DNA of 64,000 nt from Thermoplasmata archaeon (GCA_021792255.1 JAJYUZ010000004.1:99468-163467), one strand, 5' to 3'; positions 9,695 to 20,395 are shown, counted from the first letter of the stretch. A program made the numbers and translations. The notes: generated by a model from the sequence alone, not told the origin.

Positions 9695-9772
9695 TTATTA
9701 ATCAAGAATGTATATTAATACCTTCTAATAGACCTGAATGTGTGAGAGGTTCGTAGACGCGGAGTCATAAGC

Positions 9773-10690
9773 ATGCAGGAGTTCCGGATATGGGCAGTTG
9801 GCTCTGGAAGATTTGCATTTTCTACAGTAGAGAGACAGGTCCGGAAGCTGCGTTTCATGTCAAGGCACTTCGACTTACTGGACCCATCCATGACAGACCT
9901 CTACAAATACATCAACGAAGAGTTGAGGAGGGGCAAGAAAAGAAAATCCCTCAACAACGAGATGAAGGACCTGAAGGCCTGGTGCGAGTTCAACAAGATC
10001 GTTATGGATTTCCCCAAGTTCAAGAGGGAACCGTCGCCGGAGCCGTGGATCCCTACCGACGACGATATCGACAGAGTCCTTGCCTATTGCGACAGGATGA
10101 AGGTGAGGTCGATAGGCATCAGGAACAAGGCCTTCTTCTCCGTCCTGATCTACGGAGGTCTGAGGATCGGCGAGATGCAGAAGCTCAACGTCGAGGATAT
10201 CAGGGACATCGGCCTCTACGTGAGGAGCGAGAAACTTGAGAAGGACAGGACCATAGGCCTTCCTGACGATGTCATTTCGCTATTGAAACTGTATATCAGG
10301 GACCACAGGACCGATAGTGACCCCAAGGTCCTGTTCACCACTCCGAAGGGAAGGATGACTTATCAATATATGAGAAACGTCGTTTACAAGGCCGGACACT
10401 CCCTCGGTATCCCGCAACTGCACCCTCATTCGTTCAGGCATTATTGCGCAACTTCTCTCTTGCGGGGCTATAGGGGCCTTCCTGGAATAGATGTAAGAGA
10501 GGTGCAAATCCACTTGGGGCATGCCCGCTTGGAGACGACTGCTATATATACCCACATATCACAGGCGAGCGTGGCAGGAAAGGTGAACGGCGTATACAAC
10601 GCCAGGTTTCGGAAAGAGGTCGATGAAATCATGACAGGGTCAAAAAGAATCGAATCCGACCATGCACTTCATGCGAGCGCCGGGATTTGA
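9773..10690 (+). CDS. tyrosine recombinase/integrase
   Basis: GLRIGE, HPHSFRHY, LGHARLETTAIY (R-H-R-H-Y catalytic set intact); stop codon lies inside tRNA-Gly. Confidence 0.93.
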   Translation: MQEFRIWAVGSGRFAFSTVERQVRKLRFMSRHFDLLDPSMTDLYKYINEELRRGKKRKSLNNEMKDLKAWCEFNKIVMDFPKFKREPSPEPWIPTDDDIDRVLAYCDRMKVRSIGIRNKAFFSVLIYGGLRIGEMQKLNVEDIRDIGLYVRSEKLEKDRTIGLPDDVISLLKLYIRDHRTDSDPKVLFTTPKGRMTYQYMRNVVYKAGHSLGIPQLHPHSFRHYCATSLLRGYRGLPGIDVREVQIHLGHARLETTAIYTHISQASVAGKVNGVYNARFRKEVDEIMTGSKRIESDHALHASAGI

Positions 10691-10744
10691 ACCCGAGGCA
10701 TGAGCTTGGCAAGCTCACGTGTTACCAGGCTACACCACGCTCGC
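10672..10744 (-). tRNA. tRNA-Gly(GCC)
   Basis: GCGAGCGTGGTGTAGCCTGG...TGAGC-TTGCCAA-GCTCA...GGTTCAAATCCCGGCGCTCGCA cloverleaf. Confidence 0.96.
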
Positions 10745-10873
10745 TAAGCACCCTATGACTACCATGATAAAAAACTAACCTATCTACACGAAATAATGGC
10801 TGTGCGGTTAGCTGTCAACATAGAACTCCTCAAACTAAACACATTCTTTATACCGACCGCAGGATACAGTTCC

Positions 10874-10948
10874 GGGCCCGTGGGGTAGTTTGGATCATCC
10901 TTTTGGCCTTCGGAGCCGACGACCCGGGTTCAAATCCCGGCGGGCCCG
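10874..10948 (+). tRNA. tRNA-Arg(TCG)
   Basis: GGGCCCG acceptor stem, anticodon loop CTTCGGA, T-arm GGTTCAAATCC. Confidence 0.95.
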
Positions 10949-11216
10949 TCCATTATTGGAGAGATATAGAACATCACTTTTTGCCCTTTCAAAAATCCCC
11001 TTACTTTTATCACATCCTTTTAAAACAAGGCAATTTCACGTTCCGTAGAATACTATTTCACTTCTTCAAAGTTCAGTCGCTATATTTTGAGACTGGCTCG
11101 TTGAGAACCTTAACCGCCTGCCTTTTCGAATTCAAGGTGTGTTTCCATTCATATGGTTAATCGGGCTCCGTCCAGGATTCTTTTGCAACAAACTACATCT
11201 ATTTCTTTTCTGGCTG

Positions 11217-11444
11217 TTACGAATGAGGGTGCTTCCAGAGGACTTCGCCGCTCTCTCTGACGCAGCATTGCACTGTCTCTTCATAGCCCTGTCCCCTGGT
11301 CGGGAAGATGCCAATCTTGAAACACCAGATCCCATCCTCGTTCCTCGATTCGTAGACCTCTACACTTTCGATTCCGAAGAGAGATCTCATTTTGTTTCTC
11401 ATAACCGACTCAGACCATTTTGAACTAGATGGTATCTCTTCCAT
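11217..11444 (-). CDS. small hypothetical protein
   Basis: 75 aa ATG-start ORF with protein-like composition and an AT-rich upstream region. Confidence 0.35.
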   Translation of the reverse strand: MEEIPSSSKWSESVMRNKMRSLFGIESVEVYESRNEDGIWCFKIGIFPTRGQGYEETVQCCVRESGEVLWKHPHS

Positions 11445-11618
11445 TTTCCTTGTTTTAATGTAATTTGATTCTTAACATTTTCTCAAGACTGAATGTACTA
11501 CCTGCAAAGCACTGAAGCATATCACTGGATTGCCCCTTTCGAGTCTACGGTGCGGCAATAACTAGGGTATATTTCTAAGTCTACGTATGCACATGACCAC
11601 AGAGAATGCTCTGTCCCT

Positions 11619-12236
11619 TCATGAACGAAGGAATCCATCCAGTTCATTGAAGAATTCTTCTCTGTTGTCCAGGTAGAGTGCATGACCAGCCTTCCTCACA
11701 GGACGGAGCGTTGATCTCTTTATGGATCTGTTGTACCTCAGGAACGATTCCAAAGGAATGACGTTATCGTTTTCTCCGTACATTATCAATACTGGTTTCC
11801 TTATAAGGGACGTTTCCTGCGACAGGTCTTCGCTCCACACCGGTCCGACGAGTACGAGTTTGTTCACGGATTCCGGATGCCTTGATGCGTAGGAGACGGC
11901 GAACGGTCCCGAGAACGATGCACCCAGGAGTGAGAACTTCTTGAGCCCTGTACTCCTTGAGAACTCTTCTATGAATGTGGCTGCGTTGGAATACTTCCTG
12001 GTTGGAGGATAGAATTCACCGTTCTCATCGCTCTCACCCCAGCCGGGATAGTCTACTGCGACGTAATCGAGACCCATCTCATTTATCCTACCTGGTGCAC
12101 CTATAGACGACCAAGTTTCAGCTTTGAATGACTTTCCGTGCAGAAGCAGCAGAGCGTCCCTTGATCCCGCAATCCTGCTCTCTACGTAATGGACTCTCTT
12201 TCCGTTCACAATCACGAATCTGCTTGCCGGTTCCAC
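11619..12236 (-). CDS. alpha/beta hydrolase (ABHD14-like)
   Basis: LLLHG, DYPGWGES, GASFSG nucleophile elbow, GENDNVIP, AGHALY; likely GTG start at 12236 after GGGAG (ORF track extends to 12434). Confidence 0.88.
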   Translation of the reverse strand: MEPASRFVIVNGKRVHYVESRIAGSRDALLLLHGKSFKAETWSSIGAPGRINEMGLDYVAVDYPGWGESDENGEFYPPTRKYSNAATFIEEFSRSTGLKKFSLLGASFSGPFAVSYASRHPESVNKLVLVGPVWSEDLSQETSLIRKPVLIMYGENDNVIPLESFLRYNRSIKRSTLRPVRKAGHALYLDNREEFFNELDGFLRS

Positions 12237-12451
12237 GATCTCCCATGGAGCATAGGTTATTACGCTTGCCGTCTGCGCGAGAAGAGGAAAGATATATTGC
12301 CAAGGTTCAAGAAGCAATGACCATTGCCACCTCCGGCAGATCTGGAGACGAGATCCTAACTTCGCCCATCTCGTCATTCCGGTGACAACCAGTTCAGGAG
12401 CCTTCCATGATACCCTGAAGGAATACCGATCCACGTCTGCCTTAAGGATGC

Positions 12452-12751
12452 TTAGACTTCTTCCCTGAGGAACTCAGCAATCCTATAAGATAAGACCGCC
12501 CTGTTGACTCGGGTAACCTCCAGGCTCATGAAGTCGTCCCTCGTCTTCACCTGCTGGAGGATGGCGTTCCTTCCCTTCTTGTGGAGTGACAGAATCATCA
12601 TCTTGTCCAGTTCGAGTACCTCCTTGACTGCTTCGATGAAAGACTTACTCTCCTACTCCATTCTGCCCACCTCGTCTATAATAACGACATCTGCGTTCTC
12701 CTTCAACCACTCCATCGCAGGTATTGCGATCTGGTCAAACGCCCTGAGGTC
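12452..12751 (-). pseudogene. C-terminal half of a THEP1/NTPase_1-family nucleoside triphosphatase
   Basis: DLRAFDQIAIPAMEWLKENADVVIIDEVGRME*ESKSFIEAVKEVL...; in-frame TAG at 12653-12655; Walker A half absent. Confidence 0.8.
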
Positions 12752-13125
12752 AGACGAATTCACTGAGACAGAAAAGAGAGGAGTTCCAGAAGAAGACCTT
12801 GTAAGAAAGTTTAGATGGAATTTTAAGAGAGGAGTTTGATCTGCTATGATGAGCTCCCCTGTCGATTTTAAGAAAGATGGCTATAAAAGAGATTTGTCTG
12901 TGTACAACACCCCCTTGTCAGGAGGATACACATCATATTCGACACATTTTTCCCGGGCTCCTGGAATGACGGTCTGGAAATGGAGAAAGTGGAGAAGGTA
13001 AGACACCCATTCGAGTGCCCTCAGGAATTCTTGGTCTTTCTCTCAAGAGTGAGATCGCTTTAGAACGTTCCTTTCAGGGAACTGGAAGGATACGTCAGGA
13101 AGATCTAACAGCTTACAGGCAAGTA

Positions 13126-13542
13126 TCAACTACCCTTCGCAACTCTAAGGGTGACTCCGTCGTCCATAACCTCTGTGACAGTTATGGCCTCGTTATCTGA
13201 GGTATCAGAATCGCACACGAAACTCCAGTCCTCGTTCATCACCGTGACGCTCCCGGGATTTCCTGAAGGGACTCCCTTTGTAATTCTCCCCTTCTGTCCA
13301 ACAAGCGTTTCTGCGTGGAAATATTTCTTGTGAATCCTTTCGACCCTGGTCAATCTGAATCCTACAAGAAGGATTAAAGTCAGCACATAGAAAACGATTG
13401 AGAGTGGTAATAGGAAGACGTTGCTTTCCCCCGATGCCAGATACTCTATAAGCAGGAATGTCGAAAAAATCAAAAGTATGCCCAATATGATTAGGGTCCT
13501 ATAACCGTACTTGATCAAGATGGAAGAAACTTCCTTTGGCAT
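13126..13542 (-). CDS. NfeD-like membrane protein with C-terminal OB fold
   Basis: two TM helices then LVGQKGRI...GSVTVMNEDWS...VTEVMDDGVTLRV. Confidence 0.8.
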   Translation of the reverse strand: MPKEVSSILIKYGYRTLIILGILLIFSTFLLIEYLASGESNVFLLPLSIVFYVLTLILLVGFRLTRVERIHKKYFHAETLVGQKGRITKGVPSGNPGSVTVMNEDWSFVCDSDTSDNEAITVTEVMDDGVTLRVAKGS

Positions 13543-13586
13543 CTTTCATATCACTCCTTTTATTTGATTGACCCAGACTGTTAGGT

Positions 13587-13960
13587 TCATAGAGTTTCTG
13601 CGAGCAGCCTTGAAGTCTCTGTTAAGTCAGGAGGGAATGCGTCCTTTGCAGGCAGACTTGAGCTTATAGTCATCATCTTTTCTAGGTAGTGCAAGGCAAT
13701 CCTCTTCTTATGGGTTTTCTCTAAAATACCGGGTGCAGTTATTGGATCTATTGCATACCCGGGAGCCCTTGGGATTGTTGATAGTGCATTCCATTTTGCT
13801 ACCATTATGGTTGCCTGTTCCTTACCATCAACTACCGGTACTATGCTCCTCCTCGATTTCTCCTCGCTCGCTTGCACAGTTATAGTCCCAGGCACATTAT
13901 CCAACCGGAGAATGCCTTTCTTTCTACCTTCATAGCCTCAAACTCAACTATGTGTCGGCT
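13587..13960 (-). pseudogene. degraded SPFH/band-7 (stomatin-like) gene remnant
   Basis: QASEEKSRRSI..DGKEQATIMVA and ALHYLEKM resemble SPFH C-termini; an out-of-frame EAMKVE fragment lies upstream; position next to nfeD is typical. Confidence 0.5.
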
Positions 13961-14081
13961 TTGTCAAGAGGACGGAGTCAGTGACCACCTAAAACTCTGA
14001 AGAATGTGCGAGCACGATTTCATTTCGGTGAATAGTCGTGGCGTAGATGTTAAATCTTCGATTTATCATTTCATCTGTTCC

Positions 14082-14318
14082 TTACCCAGACCCATTCTTC
14101 TTTTTGCCATTACGTGTTAACAACCTATTCTTTACTGTCTCTTCGACGTGTTTCAGTTCAGACTCTATTGATTTCAGTGGGCCTTCTTTTTTGGGTTTGT
14201 TCTTCCGATTCATTTCATGCTGGAGAGATTTCTCGATAGCCTCTTTTCTCACTCTCTTGGTGTACTTGATTTCCCTTCTTTTCTCTTCCTTCTTCAACTC
14301 CCTCTTCCAGTCACCCAA
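14082..14318 (-). CDS. small highly basic, probably coiled-coil protein
   Basis: 78 aa, K/R/E-rich; TTG start preceded by AAGGAGGT. Confidence 0.6.
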   Translation of the reverse strand: MGDWKRELKKEEKRREIKYTKRVRKEAIEKSLQHEMNRKNKPKKEGPLKSIESELKHVEETVKNRLLTRNGKKKNGSG

Positions 14319-15022
14319 AGCGATACCTCCTTTTCAAAATGGAATTCAGTGAATAAAATGAACCCCTGTCCTTGAGGATGGGATTCAAATTTACGTGGGT
14401 AGACGGGTTGCTTTTCATCACTCTTTCAATTGAAAATCTCTAATAAACGTTTCTGGTGATAGATTATCGTACACCTGAAGGTTTGACAGAAAGACCTTTT
14501 TCGGGCTCACGGGCAGAGGTAAGGACGGTACAATCGCAATGGCAATCTTATAATAGAGAGTATTCACACTGCTCTTTCTTGCCAGCTGACTTAATGCACA
14601 TTTTATCAAATGGTTCACATTTTCTTTCTATAACACAATTAGAAAACCACAAGAAAGCTAATTGGTGAGGGCAGTCTTGGCATATTATGGAAGAGCACGA
14701 GTTGGATGTTTCTGAAATATTCACGCCAAGGCTGACATATAAAACCATTTTTGACTTCTCAATAAGAATATGATAGGTCCATCTCATTTCATGAAGGAAT
14801 TTAATGGAATTTATTTGAACGAAAAGGGCAGAAGGGTCTTTGTTGAGGATTCCTAATAAGAATTTCTCCAATATCGCGCAGTGTAATGGATGACCATTTC
14901 TGAGCAAGACTGAAATTAGCTTGTTCTTCTGGACATAGCGTTTGATTAAGAACAACCGATCGGCTTCTGGGAAATTTGTATATAGATATTTAGCTCTTTA
15001 GCAAATTGAGAGGGAAAGAGAA

Positions 15023-15610
15023 ATGAAAAGAATGACAAAGGCGATAGTTGCTATAGTAATCTTAATTGCCCTTGTATATCTGGTTGGAATTCCTGAAATC
15101 CCCTACTTCGATAACTATCAAATCCGACTTTCTGCCGGTCTCGATCCACACTCTTTTGAATCGGGGTCAAATGTTTCACTCAGCGTGACGATGACAAACC
15201 TCTGGTTCACAACCTACCTTCTTAAAGAGAACTTCTGGGTTAGAGGAATCAACCTTATGGGTGGTCCTTGTTCCTACACTCCCTTGGGGTTCCTCGTATA
15301 CCAAGGCAACCTCACCCAGTCAACTTTAATGTCTGCAACACCGCTCAACGTGTCAAATCCTAGCGTGATAGTGCTTTTTAACTGCCCGATGATTCGTGCC
15401 TCTCCACTGAACGCGTTCTATAGATTCAATGGATTCTCCTCCATTTCATACTCCACCTCTTTCGGTGGATATTGGACACCCCTACCTCCTTATACGGGAA
15501 ACCAGTCTAGCCAGACTTATGTCTTTAACGAATTCGGTCCGGGAGTATACACTGTTCTGGTCAAGGATGCTTGGGGAGCAAACGTGCTTCTTCACTTCAT
15601 CGTAAATTGA
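15023..15610 (+). CDS. membrane-anchored/secreted hypothetical protein
   Basis: N-terminal hydrophobic anchor; beta-rich body with two Cys; ends PGVYTVLVKDAWG..LLHFIV. Confidence 0.7.
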   Translation: MKRMTKAIVAIVILIALVYLVGIPEIPYFDNYQIRLSAGLDPHSFESGSNVSLSVTMTNLWFTTYLLKENFWVRGINLMGGPCSYTPLGFLVYQGNLTQSTLMSATPLNVSNPSVIVLFNCPMIRASPLNAFYRFNGFSSISYSTSFGGYWTPLPPYTGNQSSQTYVFNEFGPGVYTVLVKDAWGANVLLHFIVN

Positions 15611-16274
15611 TTTCCGCTGATTCATGACAATCTCTAAAAGACTCATTTCAAACCAGAAAAAACATTGTAGTCAAGGGGGTAGTTCGTGCACTATCATGAA
15701 GATCCCGCTTTCTGAACTCGAGCCGATCCTTTTTGCGTGGCCCAAAGGTACACTTATCAAGATTGAAAATTTTACCGCCTTTTGGATTTTGAAGAGTTAA
15801 TGTGGTAAATAAGTCATTACTCGCCCTGCTAATGTATCTCATTTTAAGTCTCACAACGACACTCATTAACCTCTTCTTTAGGATAGCAGGAGAGCCTATT
15901 GATATCGATAAAATTAAATCATCATTGTAACCTTTCTGACGAATAGAACGAGTGTAGAAGAAAACGAAATATTATGAACTTCCCGTCTTCTTCTACGTAA
16001 GTTCCTCCTTTTTAAAACAGAAACTCCTCTGAAGTATTCTGACGGTTAAAACCAGACAGCGAACGAATTTTTGTTTATGAATGGGATTTCGAGCTAACTG
16101 AGTTATTTTAAAAAAAATGGATATGAGACCATTGGACAGGACCTGTTCCCGAAGAATAACTCCTCTTTGATTTTCTCAGAATAGGGGGTCTCAAGAAGGA
16201 TTGAAGTCATGGGAATTGACCTGTTTGTTCTCCACGTGTAGAATGGATGTGGTTCAAATCTCGTAAACCTGGTT

Positions 16275-16808
16275 CTATTTATTTTTTCTAAATTTCTTTC
16301 TATACGAAGTATAGGATTCGGATACAATCTTCAGAGCCTCCTTCCTTCCATTGAAACCTATGAACTTCATGAATTTTCCGCTTTCTAGTTCTTTATAGTG
16401 TTCAAAGAAGTGTCTCAGAACATTCTTTTCATACTCTGGGATGTCCCGGATATCCTTTATTGATTCAGAGTTTGGATCTACCTCGTTTACCGGAACAGCT
16501 ATGATCTTATCGTCAATTCCGTGCTCGTCTTCCATTTCGGCAAGTCCCACTGCTCTGCACTTGACTACTATCCCTGGCTGGATTGCTGCAGATGAAATCA
16601 AAAGAACGTCCAATGGATCATTGTCCTTTGCCCACGTCTGAAGTATCAAGCCGTAGTTGGTGGGATATTTCATCGGAGTAAATAGTACCCTGTCAAGAAT
16701 TATGGTCTCTAGTTCACTGCTATACTCGTACTTGCAATCGCTTCCCATAGAGATCTCGACTAGGACGTAGAACGTATCGGGGAAATCCTTTGTCTGGCCA
16801 ATTTTCAT
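16275..16808 (-). CDS. ppa: inorganic pyrophosphatase (family I)
   Basis: KYE, LDRVL, YPTNYG, DNDPLDVL, DDKIIAVP, HFFEHYKELE. Confidence 0.96.
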   Translation of the reverse strand: MKIGQTKDFPDTFYVLVEISMGSDCKYEYSSELETIILDRVLFTPMKYPTNYGLILQTWAKDNDPLDVLLISSAAIQPGIVVKCRAVGLAEMEDEHGIDDKIIAVPVNEVDPNSESIKDIRDIPEYEKNVLRHFFEHYKELESGKFMKFIGFNGRKEALKIVSESYTSYRKKFRKNK

Positions 16809-16916
16809 GATTTTGAATAGGCAACTCGAAAATATAGCAATTTTGGCGGAATTGAATTTGAATAGTCTTGATCCTTATCGGAGAAGCATAAATCGTAGTC
16901 GCTTATTTGGTGTTGA

Positions 16917-17636
16917 ATGAAAAAAGTGCAGAAAGGGATCAACGGTCTCTCTCGCGGAAAAGGAGATCCCTCTAGAGACGGATCGATATCTGACCTAAAG
17001 GTGGGAGGCCTATCGGAGGTCAAGGAGTGGGGTTGGAATGCAGAAAATCTCGCTGATAACCTTATTGCAATAGATTATGAGACTATAGAAGGACTCAGGT
17101 CAGAAGACGAAGGAACCATAGAAACCTGGAAAGATATACGGTTCAGCTATTCACAGACCTGGGGGATCATATACTCGAAGCCCAAAGAAATAGAGGGATA
17201 CTGGAGTTATGTGCCTCTATTTCCAGAATATTTCGATAGGCTAATGAGTGGAATAATTCTTGAAGGTGACATCACGAAGGAGATGATACCACCGATCCAC
17301 GAAAAAGGCCGATTTGACATCTATCTGACCACACTGGCACTCAAAGAGAAACACAGAGGTAACGGAGTAGTACGCCTCTTGTACGATTCATTTATCAGGG
17401 CCGTCGAAGAGCTTGCGAAGAGTGGAGTATATTTCGACAGGATAGGGGCAAACGCTTACACCCTCGCAGGCTTAGCCGTCTGTACTAGAGTTTTTGGAAT
17501 GAAATATCTGAGGGACAGCCCTAGCAGTGGAAAGATCATGGGTGGAAAGTTCTATCCTTTTGTCCCAAATGGAATCGCATCAAAGAGCAAGGATCTTGAA
17601 TCGATTTACGACAAGGAGTTCAGAAATAGAAGATGA
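16917..17636 (+). CDS. hypothetical protein with GNAT-like acetyltransferase features
   Basis: IYLTTLALKEKHRGNG resembles GNAT motif A. Confidence 0.6.
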   Translation: MKKVQKGINGLSRGKGDPSRDGSISDLKVGGLSEVKEWGWNAENLADNLIAIDYETIEGLRSEDEGTIETWKDIRFSYSQTWGIIYSKPKEIEGYWSYVPLFPEYFDRLMSGIILEGDITKEMIPPIHEKGRFDIYLTTLALKEKHRGNGVVRLLYDSFIRAVEELAKSGVYFDRIGANAYTLAGLAVCTRVFGMKYLRDSPSSGKIMGGKFYPFVPNGIASKSKDLESIYDKEFRNRR

Positions 17637-17727
17637 TGATCGAGAAGCAGTTGAGATAAATTATACCGTCCAGAGATACACACCGTAAAGATAGTATTAT
17701 AATTATAAGCCGACTAATGCCTTACTC

Positions 17728-18753
17728 ATGCTGAAATCACTCTGTTCTAGTTGTGGAAAGGAAAGAGTCAGCTTTACGAACAGTCCTAATTGTGATTGTG
17801 GAGGGATCTTGGTACCCAGAATTGACTTCAGGTATCGTGATGGTAGCTACCTTGTCAATTTTCCCTACCTTGACAGAGTAATCGATCTGGGAGAAACGGA
17901 AACGCCACTTGCAGAAATTGGTCGAGTAAAATTCAAGCTTGATTATTTTCAACCGACTTTCTCTTACAAAGACAGAGGAAGCAAGACATTGATTTCGAGC
18001 CTGAGCTCCAACCTCCCAAGAGGTTCCGAGATCAACGAAGATTCATCTGGGAATGCGGGCGCTTCGATTAGTGCTTATGGAGGTGCTGCGGGCTTCAAAG
18101 TGAACATATTTGCCCCAAAAGACACCAAGCCCGGAAAGGTCAACCAAATAAGGGCATACGGAGCAGACATTCATCTTGTGACGGGCTCCAGGAAGGATGT
18201 GGCAGAAGCCGCGTCCAATCATTCTGGTTACTACGCAAGTCATGTGTTGAATCCAGAATTCAGAGATGGTATGAGACAACTGAGTTATGAAATTTTCAGG
18301 CAACTCAGCCACAAAATTCCAACAAGAGTCTTTGTCCCGGTTTCTGCAGGAACACTATTGCTCGGTCTCGTGTCGGGATTCGAACACCTTGTCGAATCGG
18401 GTGAAGCCTCAGGAGTACCAGAGATCGTTGCTGTGCAAACGGAGGCGGTATGTCCTGTCTGTGCCGCAACAGACAATTTCGTGTATGATAAAGGCAATGG
18501 TAAGACCTCGGTAGCAGATGCTCTCGTCTCAAGAGAACCGGCACTCTTGCAGTTGATGGTGACAGAGCTGAAGAAATACGGGAAGTGTATCACGGTCACT
18601 GAGGATGAGATAATATCAGCCCGGTCAGCACTGGCGATGAAGGGTCTTTACGTTGAATACAGTTCCGCCACGGTATGGGCAGCCTACGAGAAAGGTCGTT
18701 ACGATGGAGAGAACGTTTTGGTACTGACAGGGAACGGTCTGAAGACTCCGTGA
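17728..18753 (+). CDS. thrC: threonine synthase-like PLP-dependent enzyme
   Basis: N-terminal Cys cluster, PTFSYKDRG, DSSGNAGAS, VLVLTGNGLK. Confidence 0.85.
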   Translation: MLKSLCSSCGKERVSFTNSPNCDCGGILVPRIDFRYRDGSYLVNFPYLDRVIDLGETETPLAEIGRVKFKLDYFQPTFSYKDRGSKTLISSLSSNLPRGSEINEDSSGNAGASISAYGGAAGFKVNIFAPKDTKPGKVNQIRAYGADIHLVTGSRKDVAEAASNHSGYYASHVLNPEFRDGMRQLSYEIFRQLSHKIPTRVFVPVSAGTLLLGLVSGFEHLVESGEASGVPEIVAVQTEAVCPVCAATDNFVYDKGNGKTSVADALVSREPALLQLMVTELKKYGKCITVTEDEIISARSALAMKGLYVEYSSATVWAAYEKGRYDGENVLVLTGNGLKTP

Positions 18754-18820
18754 GTTATCGACATTCATGCAGAGATCCCTGAAGAACGATTGAAAGCCAG
18801 ACGGAATTCTGTTTTAAAGT

Positions 18821-19699
18821 TCACTTTTTTATGCCAGTCACTGCCAGTCCGGCCAAAATGACACTACCACCTATTATGGTGGTCAAACTGATTGGTTCAG
18901 AGATCAACACCGATGCAAAAATGACGGTCACGAATGGAGTAATGTACAGGGTCGTTCCCGCGGTGATGGGTCTTACCTTCTTGAGACCATCAAACCACAG
19001 ATAGTAACCGACAAATGTTGCCAGTATCCCTATGAATAGAAGCGAGACGATTAGGTAGACATTTCTGATAAAAAAGAGTGCAAAGATTCCTGAATTTACG
19101 AACGGAAGAAGCATGACCAATCCCACGATCGAAACGTAGCCCGTAACATTGAGTGGATTGTGCTTCACTAACAGGTCCTTTCCAACGACGGTGAAAATCG
19201 CCCAGGACAAAGCACTCAAGAGGACCAGAACTGCAGAGAACAGCTCTGACCGTACGAGACTTGTCGGTCTAAGGAGGATCACCATTCCTATTGTAGATAC
19301 GAGAAGGCCCGTTACGACCATCCAGGACAGATTGTCCTTCTTGAGGGATATACCCAGAACGACTATGAATATCGGTTCAAAAGAGACTATGAAGCTGGCA
19401 TCACCCGCCGATAATCCATTCTCTCCCAAAATAAACAACAGCTGATAGAGAAGCACTCCAGTCAAGGCTAGAATTACTATCTTCACCATTTCTCCCACAT
19501 TGTATCTCTCTCGAGTAAGAAACAACACGGGAACGAACATCACTGCCGCTATCAAAAATCTCGAGAACGCGATCTGTTGAGGATCGAGGAACGAAAGAGA
19601 GTACTTCATGAGAACATAAGTTATCCCCCATATGATCGAAGTCACGACAAGTTCGATATAACCTATCGCCGCCTGTTTTCGTACCATTTTCGATCCCAT
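18821..19699 (-). CDS. DMT/EamA family transporter
   Basis: about 10 TM segments in two EamA repeats (IIWG..., YITPFVT...LISEPI). Confidence 0.92.
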   Translation of the reverse strand: MGSKMVRKQAAIGYIELVVTSIIWGITYVLMKYSLSFLDPQQIAFSRFLIAAVMFVPVLFLTRERYNVGEMVKIVILALTGVLLYQLLFILGENGLSAGDASFIVSFEPIFIVVLGISLKKDNLSWMVVTGLLVSTIGMVILLRPTSLVRSELFSAVLVLLSALSWAIFTVVGKDLLVKHNPLNVTGYVSIVGLVMLLPFVNSGIFALFFIRNVYLIVSLLFIGILATFVGYYLWFDGLKKVRPITAGTTLYITPFVTVIFASVLISEPISLTTIIGGSVILAGLAVTGIKK

Positions 19700-19747
19700 A
19701 TTACGTACTGCAATAAAAAAATAAATAGGGCCTGTCGATTGGGTTTA

Positions 19748-20395
19748 ATGTTCTACTTGGACCCAGGAATATTTCTAGCCGCGATGGGAATAACCCTCCT
19801 TGAAATATCCGAAGCCTCTGCAGTCGGATTGGCCATTTCCGCAGAGGGAGGGAATAAAGCATTCCTTTACGTTGCTCTTGGAGTCCTTATTGTGCTGATT
19901 ATTACTTTTGCAGTCGGTCAGCAGATTGCAAGGCTGCCAATCCTGTACGTAAGACTTGTGGCTGCAGTATTGCTCCTATACTTTGGGTTGCGACTCGCAA
20001 GAAGCGCAAGGAGAGCAGTAGTGAGATCAAGAAGTTCCGTATCACAAAAAGAAGAGAGTATTGAGAAGGGAATTTTCTACACAGCCTTCTCCGTGGGTCT
20101 TGTGGAGTCATTTGAAGCTGCGATTGTACTCGTTGCCCTCATACCTATGAACTTCGACTCGACCCTTTATGGCTTGGTACTCGGATTGCTGATAGTAGTC
20201 GTAGGAACCGTAGTCTTGAAGTCACAGGTCAGGAAGATAAAGCAGGTCAATATGAAGGTAGTGGTCTCGGCCCTTCTCTTGGCATTTTCTGCGTTCTGGT
20301 TTGGTGAAGCTGCGACGAATCTGTCCGATCTCTGGTTGGTTCCTCTATTCATCGTATTCGGAGTGGCTATCTACATCTTTGCTCATAGAAGATAA
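19748..20395 (+). CDS. COG4280/TMEM165-GDT1-like membrane protein
   Basis: duplicated ExxEA motifs (LLEISEAS, LVESFEAA); six TM segments; ATG at 19748. Confidence 0.75.
   Translation: MFYLDPGIFLAAMGITLLEISEASAVGLAISAEGGNKAFLYVALGVLIVLIITFAVGQQIARLPILYVRLVAAVLLLYFGLRLARSARRAVVRSRSSVSQKEESIEKGIFYTAFSVGLVESFEAAIVLVALIPMNFDSTLYGLVLGLLIVVVGTVVLKSQVRKIKQVNMKVVVSALLLAFSAFWFGEAATNLSDLWLVPLFIVFGVAIYIFAHRR

Larger units (their letters stand above)
8509..10686. mobile_element. 2.2-kb integrative element inserted in the 3' end of tRNA-Gly(GCC)
   Basis: perfect 16-bp direct repeat ATGCGAGCGCCGGGAT at 8509-8524 and 10671-10686 (tRNA 3' end) bracketing a tyrosine integrase. Confidence 0.85.

Noticed and set aside
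10903-11160. 85-aa ORF (likewise 22326-22514)
   Set aside because: Begins inside a tRNA gene; spurious
12653-12655. In-frame TAG codons (here and 62326-62328) as pyrrolysine or amber recoding
   Set aside because: TAG is a true stop in moaD (after the terminal GG) and pfdB; both interrupted genes are truncated or mobile, so nonsense mutation is the simpler explanation
19577-19747. N-terminal extension of the COG4280-like ORF
   Set aside because: Overlaps the divergent EamA gene; ATG 19748 follows a TATA-like tract
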